Virus record (IMG/VR): IMGVR_UViG_3300030330_005091 | Coordinates: 32,001 to 96,000 of that record | DNA from: a virus | Lineage: Duplodnaviria > Caudoviricetes | Length of the DNA stretch: 64,000 bases | Reading direction: 5' to 3' (one strand) | Part shown: positions 10,075 through 20,289 of the stretch, in pieces | How the letters are laid out: the number at the start of each line of letters is the position of its first letter | Numbering within the stretch: position 1 is the stretch's first letter | Position numbers and translations under genes: made by a program | The notes under the pieces: generated by a model | Told to the model about the DNA's origin: nothing | What the model saw: only the letters and a program-made list of their open reading frames with translations | Databases searched by the model: none

Positions 10075-10938
10075 TTATTTATTAAGTTTTTGAACAAACC
10101 ACTCGTGAGTGGGATTAAAAAATGTTGAAATTTTGTTTATATCGTAATAATTTACTGTTTTTTCTGATTCAACTGGTTGTATGTTTTGTTGTATTACAAT
10201 GTCAATAAATGCTCGTTTTATTAACATTGGGTCTGCTTTTTCTTTTTCTGTTTTTGCATAGTAATCAATTATTTTTGTTCTTTTAATTGAAGGTCGCAGC
10301 CAGTTCCACATCATATGCATGTTATATTGATTTTTGTAAGAGTCACGATTATGTGGAGATTCCATATTTGTGTGTCCATTATCATATACCATTTTATGGC
10401 TACATACAGTGTTTTTTAAAAATGGTATTTCCAATATGTTGAATAAATGACAGGCTTCAACACCGCCGCCATATTGAGTAATCATAGGAAAAAACCAATC
10501 TAATAAGCTGTGATGTATCATTTTGAACCCAGCATGAGCAAACGGTAAAACCGAATATTCTTTACTGTTTCGATAATCAATGTTATCTGCAAATGGCGTT
10601 ATCATACCACGTCCAGGATAATAAGTCAACACAGCAGGATTAAACTTGTCTAAATCATATAACACTTGCTCCAGAGCACCTAAAGTGCCTAATGGACGAA
10701 ATCCATAATCATAATCAGCAAAGCCATAATAATCATACTTTTTAGGAACTTTTTCTATTAGAACATTTCTAGTGTCAGTCCAAGTTGTGTTTGGGCAATA
10801 TTCTAGTGCTTCTTTGTGTGGTTTATCATGGGTGACAAAATAAAAATCACATTGCTCTTTGTTGCCAAATAGTTCTACATGACTTTGTGTTGGTGTAGAC
10901 GGTGTTACCTGTAGAATACATAATCTTTTATTCATCAA
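10075..10938 (-). CDS. putative glycosyltransferase-like protein
   Basis: RN...YDYYGFADYD GT-A-like DxD; cluster context. Confidence 0.5.
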   Translation of the reverse strand: MMNKRLCILQVTPSTPTQSHVELFGNKEQCDFYFVTHDKPHKEALEYCPNTTWTDTRNVLIEKVPKKYDYYGFADYDYGFRPLGTLGALEQVLYDLDKFNPAVLTYYPGRGMITPFADNIDYRNSKEYSVLPFAHAGFKMIHHSLLDWFFPMITQYGGGVEACHLFNILEIPFLKNTVCSHKMVYDNGHTNMESPHNRDSYKNQYNMHMMWNWLRPSIKRTKIIDYYAKTEKEKADPMLIKRAFIDIVIQQNIQPVESEKTVNYYDINKISTFFNPTHEWFVQKLNK

Positions 10939-11173
10939 TTAGTAACTCCAGTTCTTCAATGCCAAAGCGCATTGTGTCTGAGTGCTTGTTTCTGTAGACA
11001 GTGTAATTTGTGTAAGGTCCCTCGGAAAACCCAAGTTCATATGTGTTAATACCAACTACAACACCATAACCCGCATCTTTTGTTATATAACCGTCAGCAT
11101 ATGACTCATACCATTTTACTAGTTCGCCAATCTCTAAATTTTTGTTTTTAGTATTTACAGTTCTTGCTGCCAT
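10928..11173 (-). CDS. small SH3/KOW-like protein
   Basis: LEIGELVKW...YGVVV...ELELL pattern. Confidence 0.55.
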   Translation of the reverse strand: MAARTVNTKNKNLEIGELVKWYESYADGYITKDAGYGVVVGINTYELGFSEGPYTNYTVYRNKHSDTMRFGIEELELLIDE

Positions 11174-12126
11174 CTTTCTATCATTTCGTCCAACATTGAG
11201 CTAAATGTGTATTCTGGTTTCCAATTTAGTATTTCTCTTGCCTTTGATGAATCACCTTTTAGATATTTTAATTCTTCTGGGCGCATATATTTAGGATTTT
11301 GCACAACATAATCTCGATAGTCCATATCCAGTTTGCTAAACACAGCTTCGCACAAATCACGAACTGAGTGGGTTTCTCCAGTTGCAACAATGAATTCATC
11401 TGGCTCATGGTGGTTTGCTATCATATGCATAGCACGGACATAATCTTTAGAGTGACCCCAATCTCGATATGAATCCATATTTCCTAATTCTAACTTGTCT
11501 TGCAAACCTTTCTTAATTGATACTGCTCCTTTTACAACTTTATTTGTAACAAAGTTTGAGCCGCGGCGTGGTGACTCATGGTTAAATAAGATTCCATTAC
11601 AAGCATGAAGACCGTAAGCATGCCGATAGTGTCGAACAAGATTATATCCCATAACTTTAGCGCACCCATAAGGACTAACAGGGTTCATAGGCGTTGTTAG
11701 CCTTTGAACTCCGTCAGCGTCTACAGAATTACCAAACATTTCAGAAGATGAAGCCTGGTAGAATGCTGCATGTGGAACTATTGTTCGATATACTTCAAGC
11801 ATGTGCAAAACACCAAGTGCGTTAGTTTGAATGGTAAATGATGGCATATCAAAGCTAACTCTTACATGACTCATTGCTCCAAGGTTGTATATCTCATCTG
11901 GCATAACCTTGCTAACTACTCTAACAAGAGAAGGGTAATCAAGCAGATCACCATAATATGTTTGAACATTTTTGTTTAGTCCAATTTTATTCAATCTATG
12001 ATTTTGGTTTTCAGCAACAGAATGCCTTCTAACAATACCATGAACTTCATAGCCTTTGGACAATAAGTATTCTGTTAAATAGCTACCATCTTGGCCAGCA
12101 ATACCTGTAATTAAGGCTTTTTTCAT
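11155..12126 (-). CDS. gmd: GDP-mannose 4,6-dehydratase
   Basis: ALITGIAGQDGSYL, SHVRVSF, YQASSSEMFG, GILFNHESPRRG, RDWGH. Confidence 0.97.
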   Translation of the reverse strand: MKKALITGIAGQDGSYLTEYLLSKGYEVHGIVRRHSVAENQNHRLNKIGLNKNVQTYYGDLLDYPSLVRVVSKVMPDEIYNLGAMSHVRVSFDMPSFTIQTNALGVLHMLEVYRTIVPHAAFYQASSSEMFGNSVDADGVQRLTTPMNPVSPYGCAKVMGYNLVRHYRHAYGLHACNGILFNHESPRRGSNFVTNKVVKGAVSIKKGLQDKLELGNMDSYRDWGHSKDYVRAMHMIANHHEPDEFIVATGETHSVRDLCEAVFSKLDMDYRDYVVQNPKYMRPEELKYLKGDSSKAREILNWKPEYTFSSMLDEMIERWQQEL

Positions 12127-12128
12127 TA

Positions 12129-12752
12129 TTAAAAATCTCCATTTCTGTGTTTAAAAACATCCAATTGTGTTAGGTCAGGCCAGTCGGTAGTAATCCATTT
12201 TTTTGGCTCAGTGTTTATAGCTTCTGGTAATTTATCCAAACCTAGTTGCGCTGTTTCGGGTGTCATATAGTAATGATAGCCAATGGATGAAATATTTTGT
12301 TCTCTCCAAGGCACCATTGGTATTCTACCATCATATGACATTTTTTTCAAGTCTTTTGCTGCTTTTTTATTATCAGTCAATATCATACCCCCACGACCTA
12401 AACTAAGATGCTTACGATATTGAAAACTTAAACACATAAAAGTGTTTTCAATAAATGAATCTTTTCTCCATAGGACTGCCGCATCTGCAATATTTGTGTC
12501 TCCAAGAAAATAAAACTCTGACCATTCTTCGTCCCTCCAAAAGTGTTCAATATTTAATTTATTAGCTAGAAAAGGAACCGAAATATATGTTCTTTTTGGG
12601 GTCGAAAATTGTTTAATATTTTGATACCTTAAACATAATTCTAAAGCGTGCGTGCAGCAATCTACAGCAACCGCATAAGGTGAACCAAAAAAAGAAGCAA
12701 CCTGTTCTTCAAAAATTCTAATAACATCAAAATCTATATTACTCATAATCAA
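12129..12752 (-). CDS. DegT/DnrJ/StrS-family PLP aminotransferase (short form)
   Basis: FEEQVA, AVAVDCCTHAL, DAA, SFQYRKHL..GRGGMI. Confidence 0.8.
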   Translation of the reverse strand: MIMSNIDFDVIRIFEEQVASFFGSPYAVAVDCCTHALELCLRYQNIKQFSTPKRTYISVPFLANKLNIEHFWRDEEWSEFYFLGDTNIADAAVLWRKDSFIENTFMCLSFQYRKHLSLGRGGMILTDNKKAAKDLKKMSYDGRIPMVPWREQNISSIGYHYYMTPETAQLGLDKLPEAINTEPKKWITTDWPDLTQLDVFKHRNGDF

Positions 12753-13177
12753 TCGCTTTCAGTAATGTATTCTTTATCTTGTTCTCTGCCAAAGTATGGG
12801 CCTGTTTTAAATTCATACATAATTGTTCCTTCATCTAAATTTTTTAGCGAGTGGCCACCTTTATATAATACTATACAATCTCCATCTCCCAAGACGATAG
12901 TGTCTAATAATTTATGATCTAAGTCGTAAAACTTTCCTTCTACCCTGCCATTTAGGATTACCCATGCCTCTTCTGTTATAGTGGCCAATTTTTCACACGG
13001 AAGATGATAGTGTGGCGGGAAATATTCATCTATTTTTAGTTTTTTAGCTCCCGCTTGAAGATATTGTTCGTCGGGCGTAATATTGTGCCGAGAGTGTGTT
13101 ATATCTTCTTTTCTTATAAGAGTCAATATCAATTTTGATGGCTCAACACGAGAGTATAAATTTAACACTTTACACAC
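12749..13177 (-). CDS. cupin-fold protein (WbuC-like)
   Basis: PHYH...E...GGHS, YEFKTGPY. Confidence 0.7.
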   Translation of the reverse strand: MCKVLNLYSRVEPSKLILTLIRKEDITHSRHNITPDEQYLQAGAKKLKIDEYFPPHYHLPCEKLATITEEAWVILNGRVEGKFYDLDHKLLDTIVLGDGDCIVLYKGGHSLKNLDEGTIMYEFKTGPYFGREQDKEYITESD

Positions 13178-13740
13178 TCTACATTAAGCATAATATGAAC
13201 TCCACTTTCATCCATGTGCGGAACATACGCTGCTGAATAATCATCATATCCAGGTGGATTAAATTCTTTCCAATCATACCTCTTGTAATCTTCAAAACCA
13301 AAACTTAAAAGAACATCTTTTAAAGTATCATAATCGTATGCAGTTTTTTTAAATGCTTTTCTTTCTATTCCTTGTTTATCTGTAAATGGCCATATTCCAA
13401 ACATTGGTCCAATTACGCCCGGGCTTCTTAAATTTTTGTTTGTTTTAAGATATACCTCAATTTGTTTCTCAAAATCTACTACTGATATTCTCAGTTTGCC
13501 GCCTTTTTTTAGAACTCGATTCCACTCTTCAAATAAAACTGTGCGTTCTTCGGAGTCATAATACCCAATAGCGCCGCATGTATAAATCTCATCAACTGAT
13601 CCATCATCAAACATACTCAAGTCGTTAATGTCTGAGCAATAATCAAGATGAGGAACTGAATTATCAATATCTATATGCAAAAAACCCGGTAAATATCGAT
13701 GTCCACATCCCAAGTGTAGTCTAATTTTTTCTTCAGTCAT
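13162..13740 (-). CDS. SAM-dependent methyltransferase
   Basis: LHLGCG, SVDEIY, RVLKKGGKL. Confidence 0.85.
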   Translation of the reverse strand: MTEEKIRLHLGCGHRYLPGFLHIDIDNSVPHLDYCSDINDLSMFDDGSVDEIYTCGAIGYYDSEERTVLFEEWNRVLKKGGKLRISVVDFEKQIEVYLKTNKNLRSPGVIGPMFGIWPFTDKQGIERKAFKKTAYDYDTLKDVLLSFGFEDYKRYDWKEFNPPGYDDYSAAYVPHMDESGVHIMLNVECVKC

Positions 13741-13743
13741 TTT

Positions 13744-14151
13744 TTACCCTTTTATGATGTTCTCGCCAATTCTAAAAGTATCAGACTCGTAATCTTGACC
13801 ACCACGAACACCGGTAGTGAAAACTACAAATTCGTTATCTTCTACAATATTCAATGCATGTATTTCGTTAGGTGGAGTTTCAACAAAATCACCCTCACAC
13901 AATAAAACACACTCAGCTTCTTTATTTGAATCAAGCGGTTTATGCCAGTATTCTAAAGATCCTTTAGTGATCAACATGTATTGAGTTGTTTGTTTGTGGT
14001 AATGATTACCTCTAACAGCGCCCTTGTTTGATCGAACAACAGCAACATGATTTACATCAGACTTGTAAAATATATCTGTTATATCTCCGCGATCATCAGA
14101 ATGCAATTCCAACGGAGGCTCTGTGGTAGTCCAAATGTTCTTGTGTTTCAT
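13744..14151 (-). CDS. cupin sugar isomerase/epimerase (FdtA/RmlC-like)
   Basis: HSDDRG, RGNHYH, PPNEIHA. Confidence 0.8.
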   Translation of the reverse strand: MKHKNIWTTTEPPLELHSDDRGDITDIFYKSDVNHVAVVRSNKGAVRGNHYHKQTTQYMLITKGSLEYWHKPLDSNKEAECVLLCEGDFVETPPNEIHALNIVEDNEFVVFTTGVRGGQDYESDTFRIGENIIKG

Positions 14152-15368
14152 TGATAGTCCTTATAGAAGTTTATAAATTTTATGTTTTTATTAATGTGGT
14201 ATAATTTTTGTTTTATTTTATCTGATAAATTCCATGATAATATTATAGCATAAACATCATCATATTTTGACAATATTTCATCTGATGTTATTGGAATATT
14301 AGTTAGCGGAGTCGACTTTCCTTGTTTTAAGGGAGAACTATCAGTCACATAATCTACAAGTGTAGAGTTTAAGTTCATATAGTTTAAAAAAGTGTTGCCT
14401 TTGGCGGCGGCACCAATGGCTACAATAGGTATATTTTTTAAAACTTTAGCCTCAAATAAGTCTTTCAAAAATAAATGTTTTTTTCTTTGTAAATCAGTTA
14501 TTAAATTATCATATGTAATTTCATCAAACAGATAAGACTCATTCTTCATTAGGTCATATAATTTTTCACAGTGTTCAATATTGTCTGATTTTTGTGCATA
14601 TACCCTAAGCGATCCACCATGATAATCCACCACTTCTATATCAACAACACTAAAGTCAATCTTTTCCATCATTTTTTTAACAGATGTTGCTGTAAAATAG
14701 CTAACATGTTCATGATAAACTTGGTCTATTTTTTGGGAATCAATAGTGCTTTTCCAATATGGAACTTCAAAAACAAAATGACCATTACTTTTCAATAGAT
14801 TTTTTACTCCCTTTGAAAAAGATATTGGTTCATCTGCATGGTTAAATACGTTATTAGCGACCACAACATCAAATTTAGGATGACTTTTTAATATCTCATC
14901 AGAAATATTTAAGCTAAATATTTTTTGGATTGCTGGGATTCCATTTGAGTTACTTATTTCAACTAGCTTTTTTGACGCATCAATTCCTAAAACAATCGCG
15001 CCGTGTTGTTTAAAAAAATCAAGTAGAAATCCATCATTTGAACCAATTTCACAAATTCTATCTTTTTCTTTTACAGACAGTTTGCTAATAACATCTTGTG
15101 AATAATTTTGCCAATGACTTCTTGACACAGATGAATTAGATGATGTGTATGAATAGTCATATAGATTATATCTATCTTCTGGATTGGTAACAGATTCTGT
15201 CTGCACCTGACCACAATCTTGACACAGCACGCAAGATAATTTATAAACTGGGAGTAAGTTACAGTTATCTTTCTCAGCTATAAATGTGTCAGCATATGGG
15301 TGATTGCCCAGATCTAGAATTTTTGTTAGATGCTGCCCACCGCAAATTAAACAATGATTTCTTTTCAC
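14148..15368 (-). CDS. NDP-hexose C-methyltransferase
   Basis: N-terminal CxxC..CxxC, EIGSNDG, YHEH, HGGSLR, GAAAKGNT. Confidence 0.9.
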   Translation of the reverse strand: MKRNHCLICGGQHLTKILDLGNHPYADTFIAEKDNCNLLPVYKLSCVLCQDCGQVQTESVTNPEDRYNLYDYSYTSSNSSVSRSHWQNYSQDVISKLSVKEKDRICEIGSNDGFLLDFFKQHGAIVLGIDASKKLVEISNSNGIPAIQKIFSLNISDEILKSHPKFDVVVANNVFNHADEPISFSKGVKNLLKSNGHFVFEVPYWKSTIDSQKIDQVYHEHVSYFTATSVKKMMEKIDFSVVDIEVVDYHGGSLRVYAQKSDNIEHCEKLYDLMKNESYLFDEITYDNLITDLQRKKHLFLKDLFEAKVLKNIPIVAIGAAAKGNTFLNYMNLNSTLVDYVTDSSPLKQGKSTPLTNIPITSDEILSKYDDVYAIILSWNLSDKIKQKLYHINKNIKFINFYKDYQ

Positions 15369-16051
15369 TTTAATGCTTCCTCTAGTGACATTCTTTTAAA
15401 ACAACGTAAAGTTGTTATTGGACTACAATTTATTATTTCAATGCCAGCATGTGCGGCTCTGTAAGCAAACGTGTTCCATGTTGGTAGGTGAAATTTGATA
15501 CCGTCAGGAACATTATATTTGTCTCCTTGTTGTTGATAATCATCAAACCAATAATTTGGATTTGTGTCAGGTGTCTTTTCCATTTTTAAAGCAGAGCCAT
15601 CGCGTGCGCAACCATCTACGAATTCAACATAGTTGCAGTCAACACCCAGAAGAATAATTTTTTTATAACCTAAACAAGATGCTACAGAACAAGAGTTGGC
15701 TCCTGAATTTCCGTTATCGTGAAAGTTATTAAAATCAGCTTCAGAACCGTTCCACCTATTAGTGGTTCCGTATGTTTGCAAATTTACAAATTGGAATCCT
15801 GGATCATCAGCAATATCCAGAATGTAGAAGCATTTTTCTATCGGTGAATTTTTTATTAAGTTTATATAATTTTCTTTGTGCGATTCAGTTACAATATAGT
15901 CGAAGCAGCCATGATACTTTGGCCACCAATCTAAACGTTCATATGCTCGATACGCTGCATTTAATCCAAAAGTATCAACACCATCTAACATTGCAAAATC
16001 AACATCTTTAAGAGATGGCCCATTTCCCATTATAACTATAGTATCATTCAT
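15365..16051 (-). CDS. Maf/MptE-like GNGPSL family putative ulosonate transferase
   Basis: IMGNGPSL, LGYKKIILLGVD, IINCS; start at M33 of track ORF. Confidence 0.65.
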   Translation of the reverse strand: MNDTIVIMGNGPSLKDVDFAMLDGVDTFGLNAAYRAYERLDWWPKYHGCFDYIVTESHKENYINLIKNSPIEKCFYILDIADDPGFQFVNLQTYGTTNRWNGSEADFNNFHDNGNSGANSCSVASCLGYKKIILLGVDCNYVEFVDGCARDGSALKMEKTPDTNPNYWFDDYQQQGDKYNVPDGIKFHLPTWNTFAYRAAHAGIEIINCSPITTLRCFKRMSLEEALK

Positions 16052-16913
16052 AATAACTCCAGAATGCTTCGAGTCTAGAATCCATGTATTCGTAGCAAGA
16101 CTCTTGTGTTTTAAACCATGGTTCATCTTTATGTTGAACATATTCATTTAGTATAAGATCACATCCAAGTAGTTTTGCTTCTATAACAATTCTAGGACAC
16201 GTATCATAATCCAGAGGTCTGAATATAAGACCTTTAGAAGTGGACATTTTTATTAACAATTCATGATATGGTAAATTTTCTACAATTTCATATTTTAAAT
16301 TATTGTTTTTAGCATATTGTATGCACTCGCTAGTTCCTTTAATCCAAGATTTGGAACCTAAAATTAGATACGTATCTGATTTCTCATTATCTTTGATGGA
16401 TTGTATAAAATTTAAATCCCCTTTCGAAAACGCAGAGCTTAAAACAAATGTTTTTTCTTTTTTTAATGTTTTTAGTTTTTGTAAAAATATATTTCTTTGA
16501 CCTTCACTCATGAATAATACGTGCTTTGCGTATCCATAAAAAGCCTGATTTATTTTACCAGCGTAAGTTTCTAGACAGTCACAAGGCTTATTTTCAATAA
16601 TTTGGTGTTTATTCAAAGATCTATATTTACATATTTTATAATCATATTCTACTATCGAATAGTCAGAATTTTTGCACATGTAAACTTTTACATTGTCATC
16701 AAGAGCAGAAAAATTACATATTACATAATGCGCGTCATTGTGTTCATCAATTATTTCTTTTGTTAATTTTGAACAATTAATTTTTGCTGCTTGGTGGGTA
16801 ATCGGCATAGATCTAATAAATGCCTCTGTAGTAAGTTCCGCACCACCGCGATAGTCTTCAATAAATAAATCAGACACAAATATAATTTTTTTACTAGACT
16901 GGTCTGGTTTCAT
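16044..16913 (-). CDS. GT-B glycosyltransferase-like protein
   Basis: GGAELT, DTCPRIVIEAKLLGC. Confidence 0.75.
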   Translation of the reverse strand: MKPDQSSKKIIFVSDLFIEDYRGGAELTTEAFIRSMPITHQAAKINCSKLTKEIIDEHNDAHYVICNFSALDDNVKVYMCKNSDYSIVEYDYKICKYRSLNKHQIIENKPCDCLETYAGKINQAFYGYAKHVLFMSEGQRNIFLQKLKTLKKEKTFVLSSAFSKGDLNFIQSIKDNEKSDTYLILGSKSWIKGTSECIQYAKNNNLKYEIVENLPYHELLIKMSTSKGLIFRPLDYDTCPRIVIEAKLLGCDLILNEYVQHKDEPWFKTQESCYEYMDSRLEAFWSYYE

Positions 16914-18172
16914 AATAAGTCAGCCAACAAGTTTTCTATATCTTCTTGCATTTGATTAAGTTCTTTTTCTGATACAATGCAATCAACAAATTTGGCATGC
17001 ATATTTTCGGTTGAAAACTTTTTCTTTAGTATTTCAGCATATTCAGGGGCTGCAGCTGAGATACTATCCGATGTATTATTGGTTATATCATTGTAACATA
17101 GTCTCATTTTTTCTTTTGCAGACTGTTCCCTAGCGTGTGCCCAAAGGGCTCCTTTTTCAATAACGCCTTCCCAGATACTTTCATCGCCAACATTATGTAA
17201 ATCAAATGCTACTTCGTAACACATTGTTTTATTTTCATGAACTAGAAAATCAGCTTGACCTGACCAAACCACTGAGACTACAGGCAAAGAACTGTAGGCA
17301 GCTTCAAATATTGGTAAGCCAAATCCTTCGCCATGAGCCAAACTTAAAAATGCTGAAACATTTTTGTTGACATACAAAGAGTGCATCTCTTCGTCAGTCA
17401 TATCGCCATGAAGAAGGTATACCTTGCATTTATGTTCAGGCAAATGATTTAAAAATTCTTTCAAATCATGAAACATTTTTTCTCTGTCCATTAGACAATT
17501 TTTTGATAAATTGCTTTTTAATATAAGACCCACATTTTCATCGTCAGCAAACTCTTCTACAAACCATTTTATTGTATTTGGTATATTTTTTCTTGGTCCG
17601 TTTTGTGCAACAACTAAAAAGTTGAAGTCAGTGGTAGTGTTAATTTCTAATTCTGGTAAATTATTATAACTCTTTACTGGATATCCTACTGCTTCGATAG
17701 GGTTGTTAAGTTTATAATCATCAACTATTTCGCCAGTGACTCCATTTTGAGCAGTCACTTGAGTGTTTTCAAAAACTTGCTTTGAGTGTTCAGACACAAC
17801 AATAAGTTTATCAACTGCCTCATTGCCTTTTTGTATCCATACTGGTGCTACTCTATCTGTTTCTATACCTGCTGTATAACCTATATTAGTAGTGGCTATG
17901 CGCTCAAATTCATTTGGTATTGTTACTTGAAGACTAATATCATACTTGCCGCCGCCTTGAACATATGCAATAGTTTTTTCAATTGTGTCATCAATCCACT
18001 TTCTTTCTTCATCTATTAGTGAAATCCAAGATGTTCGACCCCAGTCTAGCGGCATGATATGTATATCAAATAAATCTTCTCTACTTCGAAGCGAACGTAA
18101 AGCAAAACGAGCTTGCTCGCCGTAACCAGAGCGAGTTAAAATAGGACCTTTTAACAATATTTTCTTTTTCAT
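16910..18172 (-). CDS. glycosyltransferase family 4
   Basis: SGYG, PRKN, HGEGFGLPIFEAA. Confidence 0.88.
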   Translation of the reverse strand: MKKKILLKGPILTRSGYGEQARFALRSLRSREDLFDIHIMPLDWGRTSWISLIDEERKWIDDTIEKTIAYVQGGGKYDISLQVTIPNEFERIATTNIGYTAGIETDRVAPVWIQKGNEAVDKLIVVSEHSKQVFENTQVTAQNGVTGEIVDDYKLNNPIEAVGYPVKSYNNLPELEINTTTDFNFLVVAQNGPRKNIPNTIKWFVEEFADDENVGLILKSNLSKNCLMDREKMFHDLKEFLNHLPEHKCKVYLLHGDMTDEEMHSLYVNKNVSAFLSLAHGEGFGLPIFEAAYSSLPVVSVVWSGQADFLVHENKTMCYEVAFDLHNVGDESIWEGVIEKGALWAHAREQSAKEKMRLCYNDITNNTSDSISAAAPEYAEILKKKFSTENMHAKFVDCIVSEKELNQMQEDIENLLADLL

Positions 18173-19458
18173 TATGCTACCTCCATAAGATGCCATCGTT
18201 TATAGCCTTTTCTGTTATCCCAGGAGCCGTGTTCTTCCACAACACGATCCATGGTTTCAACCCAGCTGCTTTCATATGCTTCAAAATTATAATTTTCTTT
18301 GACATGAGCGATTCCTTGAGTAGACATTTTTTTGTAATGTTTTGCAGATACATTAACAGCCTTTTTCAAAGTCTTGATAAATTCTTCTTTATTAATTCTA
18401 TCTTCATAGATATATGGAACTTGTAAAGAACCTATCACCGCCCGTGAAGATGGTTGAATTCCCCAGCCAAACCAATCTTTACCGTTTGTAACTTGCTCTT
18501 GCAACCCACCAGTCATATTTACAATAATTGGTGTGCCGCAAGATAAAGATTCGAGAGTGGCTAATCCAAATCCTTCTGCGTCTGAGATATTTATGGTAAA
18601 ATCGGCAGCATTATACAAGTTAGCCAACTCTCTTGGGTCCACTTTATCAGTCGATAATAAAATTTGCCCGTCAGTGATGCCTAATTCATTTATAATATGT
18701 GGTAAATCTTGACCATGCGGATCTCTAGCATCAGTGTGCATTAGCAACATAGCTTTGTCGTGGCCGACTTGGTCTAGAAATTCCTTAAACCACCAAATAA
18801 CAGTTCCGCTTTGTTTTCGTCTAGCATTTCTATTGTTCCAAAAGAAAATCTTTTTATTTGGGTTTTTAAGATTCTCCGTAGAGTCTATACAAATTTTGCG
18901 TCTTGCATCTTCTATTATCTGTTTTTGTTCTTTTGTTTTATATTTAAAAAACACATCAGAGTTTACAGCATGTGGCAAGTAACTTGAATTTACTTCTGGT
19001 GACACCTCTTGTAAAATTTGATGTGTTACCTTTGAAATACAAATTACCTCGTCTGTGGAACGATAAAACCTACCGTTAAATTTTGGTGCTGGAAAATTAT
19101 CCCAGACATGATAGTAAACCATTGGCATATTTTGTCTAATTTCATTTTCAATTTCCCATAACCACTCGTAAAAACGAGGGTCTGTCATAAACCATAACAC
19201 ATCTGGTTTTTCTTTCTGCATAACAGATCGTATAATTTCATGATTTCCATATCCATCAACAGGATATATCATCCAGTCTTCGCCATATGGTTGAACTGCT
19301 GTTGGATTATAATTCTGATGCTGAACGGCTCCACCCAAACATACAAATCGATAACGACCAGTTTTTAACAGAGCTTCAATCATATACTTTGTTTGTGTGC
19401 CAACACCTGATGGTGAAAGCGGATGGTCTGATAAGACCAAAATTTTCTTTTTACTCAT
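18172..19458 (-). CDS. glycosyltransferase family 4
   Basis: NRNARRK, EGFGLATLESLSCGTP. Confidence 0.9.
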   Translation of the reverse strand: MSKKKILVLSDHPLSPSGVGTQTKYMIEALLKTGRYRFVCLGGAVQHQNYNPTAVQPYGEDWMIYPVDGYGNHEIIRSVMQKEKPDVLWFMTDPRFYEWLWEIENEIRQNMPMVYYHVWDNFPAPKFNGRFYRSTDEVICISKVTHQILQEVSPEVNSSYLPHAVNSDVFFKYKTKEQKQIIEDARRKICIDSTENLKNPNKKIFFWNNRNARRKQSGTVIWWFKEFLDQVGHDKAMLLMHTDARDPHGQDLPHIINELGITDGQILLSTDKVDPRELANLYNAADFTINISDAEGFGLATLESLSCGTPIIVNMTGGLQEQVTNGKDWFGWGIQPSSRAVIGSLQVPYIYEDRINKEEFIKTLKKAVNVSAKHYKKMSTQGIAHVKENYNFEAYESSWVETMDRVVEEHGSWDNRKGYKRWHLMEVA

Positions 19459-19465
19459 TTATTCC

Positions 19466-20236
19466 TCATGGACAGTGTTCTGTCTTATAAAATTTGCACC
19501 CATAGCCACCTGTGCAAGATAGCTTGTTTTTAATATACCTTTTATTTTTAATATTGTATAGTGCCGTATTTAGCAATTTTAAGGCATTTTCAGTTTTTCT
19601 TGGGCCACTGGTAACTCTAAAAAACTCTACATGATTTCTTTTTGCCGTTCTTTTAAGTAAGGCAAAATGTGTTTCTACATCTTTTGGATCAATATTCATT
19701 TTCTGACAAAAGAAATTTTTATAAAGTGTAAGTTGGTATGTAATCATCTTGTCGGAACGTTTTTTTGCATCCCAGCCCCATGAACATGTTTTCCAATCAA
19801 AAATATGAACCTTGCCATCGGGCGTAGCAACTACTGCATCAATATACCCCTTAAACTTATAATCATCATGACCGTCTATAGATTCCATCAAAGGCATTTC
19901 AACTGCCAAAACTTCAAATTTATCAAAATACTCGGACAATGCATTTTCAATCTCAGGAATTATTTTTTCACCTTGACCAATCATATCAGAAACTAGCTTC
20001 TGGTTAACCTCGTGGTCATCGTCTAAATTAGCAATATTCTTTTTTAGTTCTTCAACAAAAAAACTTTCAGTTATTTCCTCTTGTAGCAACTTTTTCTCAC
20101 AAACAGAGTGAATTGCTGATCCAAAAGCAGTATATTCATTACCTGTAAAGCCATCTATACCATCTACTCTCGTAAGTTTGTGATAGTGTGCACAAAACTT
20201 CCAGTCTTTAAGTTCAGAATATGAAATGTGCGGCAT
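19466..20236 (-). CDS. PD-(D/E)XK nuclease (RecB/Cas4-like)
   Basis: ISYS, KGYIDAV, DWKT, QLTLY, terminal Cys cluster. Confidence 0.85.
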   Translation of the reverse strand: MPHISYSELKDWKFCAHYHKLTRVDGIDGFTGNEYTAFGSAIHSVCEKKLLQEEITESFFVEELKKNIANLDDDHEVNQKLVSDMIGQGEKIIPEIENALSEYFDKFEVLAVEMPLMESIDGHDDYKFKGYIDAVVATPDGKVHIFDWKTCSWGWDAKKRSDKMITYQLTLYKNFFCQKMNIDPKDVETHFALLKRTAKRNHVEFFRVTSGPRKTENALKLLNTALYNIKNKRYIKNKLSCTGGYGCKFYKTEHCP

Positions 20237-20260
20237 GATAGCTCCTTGTTTTAATATACT

Positions 20261-20289
20261 ATTATAACCGCATTTTTAATAATTGTCAA
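20261..20289 (-). promoter_or_regulatory. sigma70 consensus promoter TTGACA-N17-TATAAT
   Basis: Perfect hexamers and spacing upstream of nuclease/glycan operon. Confidence 0.8.

Noticed and set aside
19466-20236. Cas4 as part of a CRISPR system
   Set aside because: Solo PD-(D/E)XK nuclease common in phages; no cas1/cas2 or array
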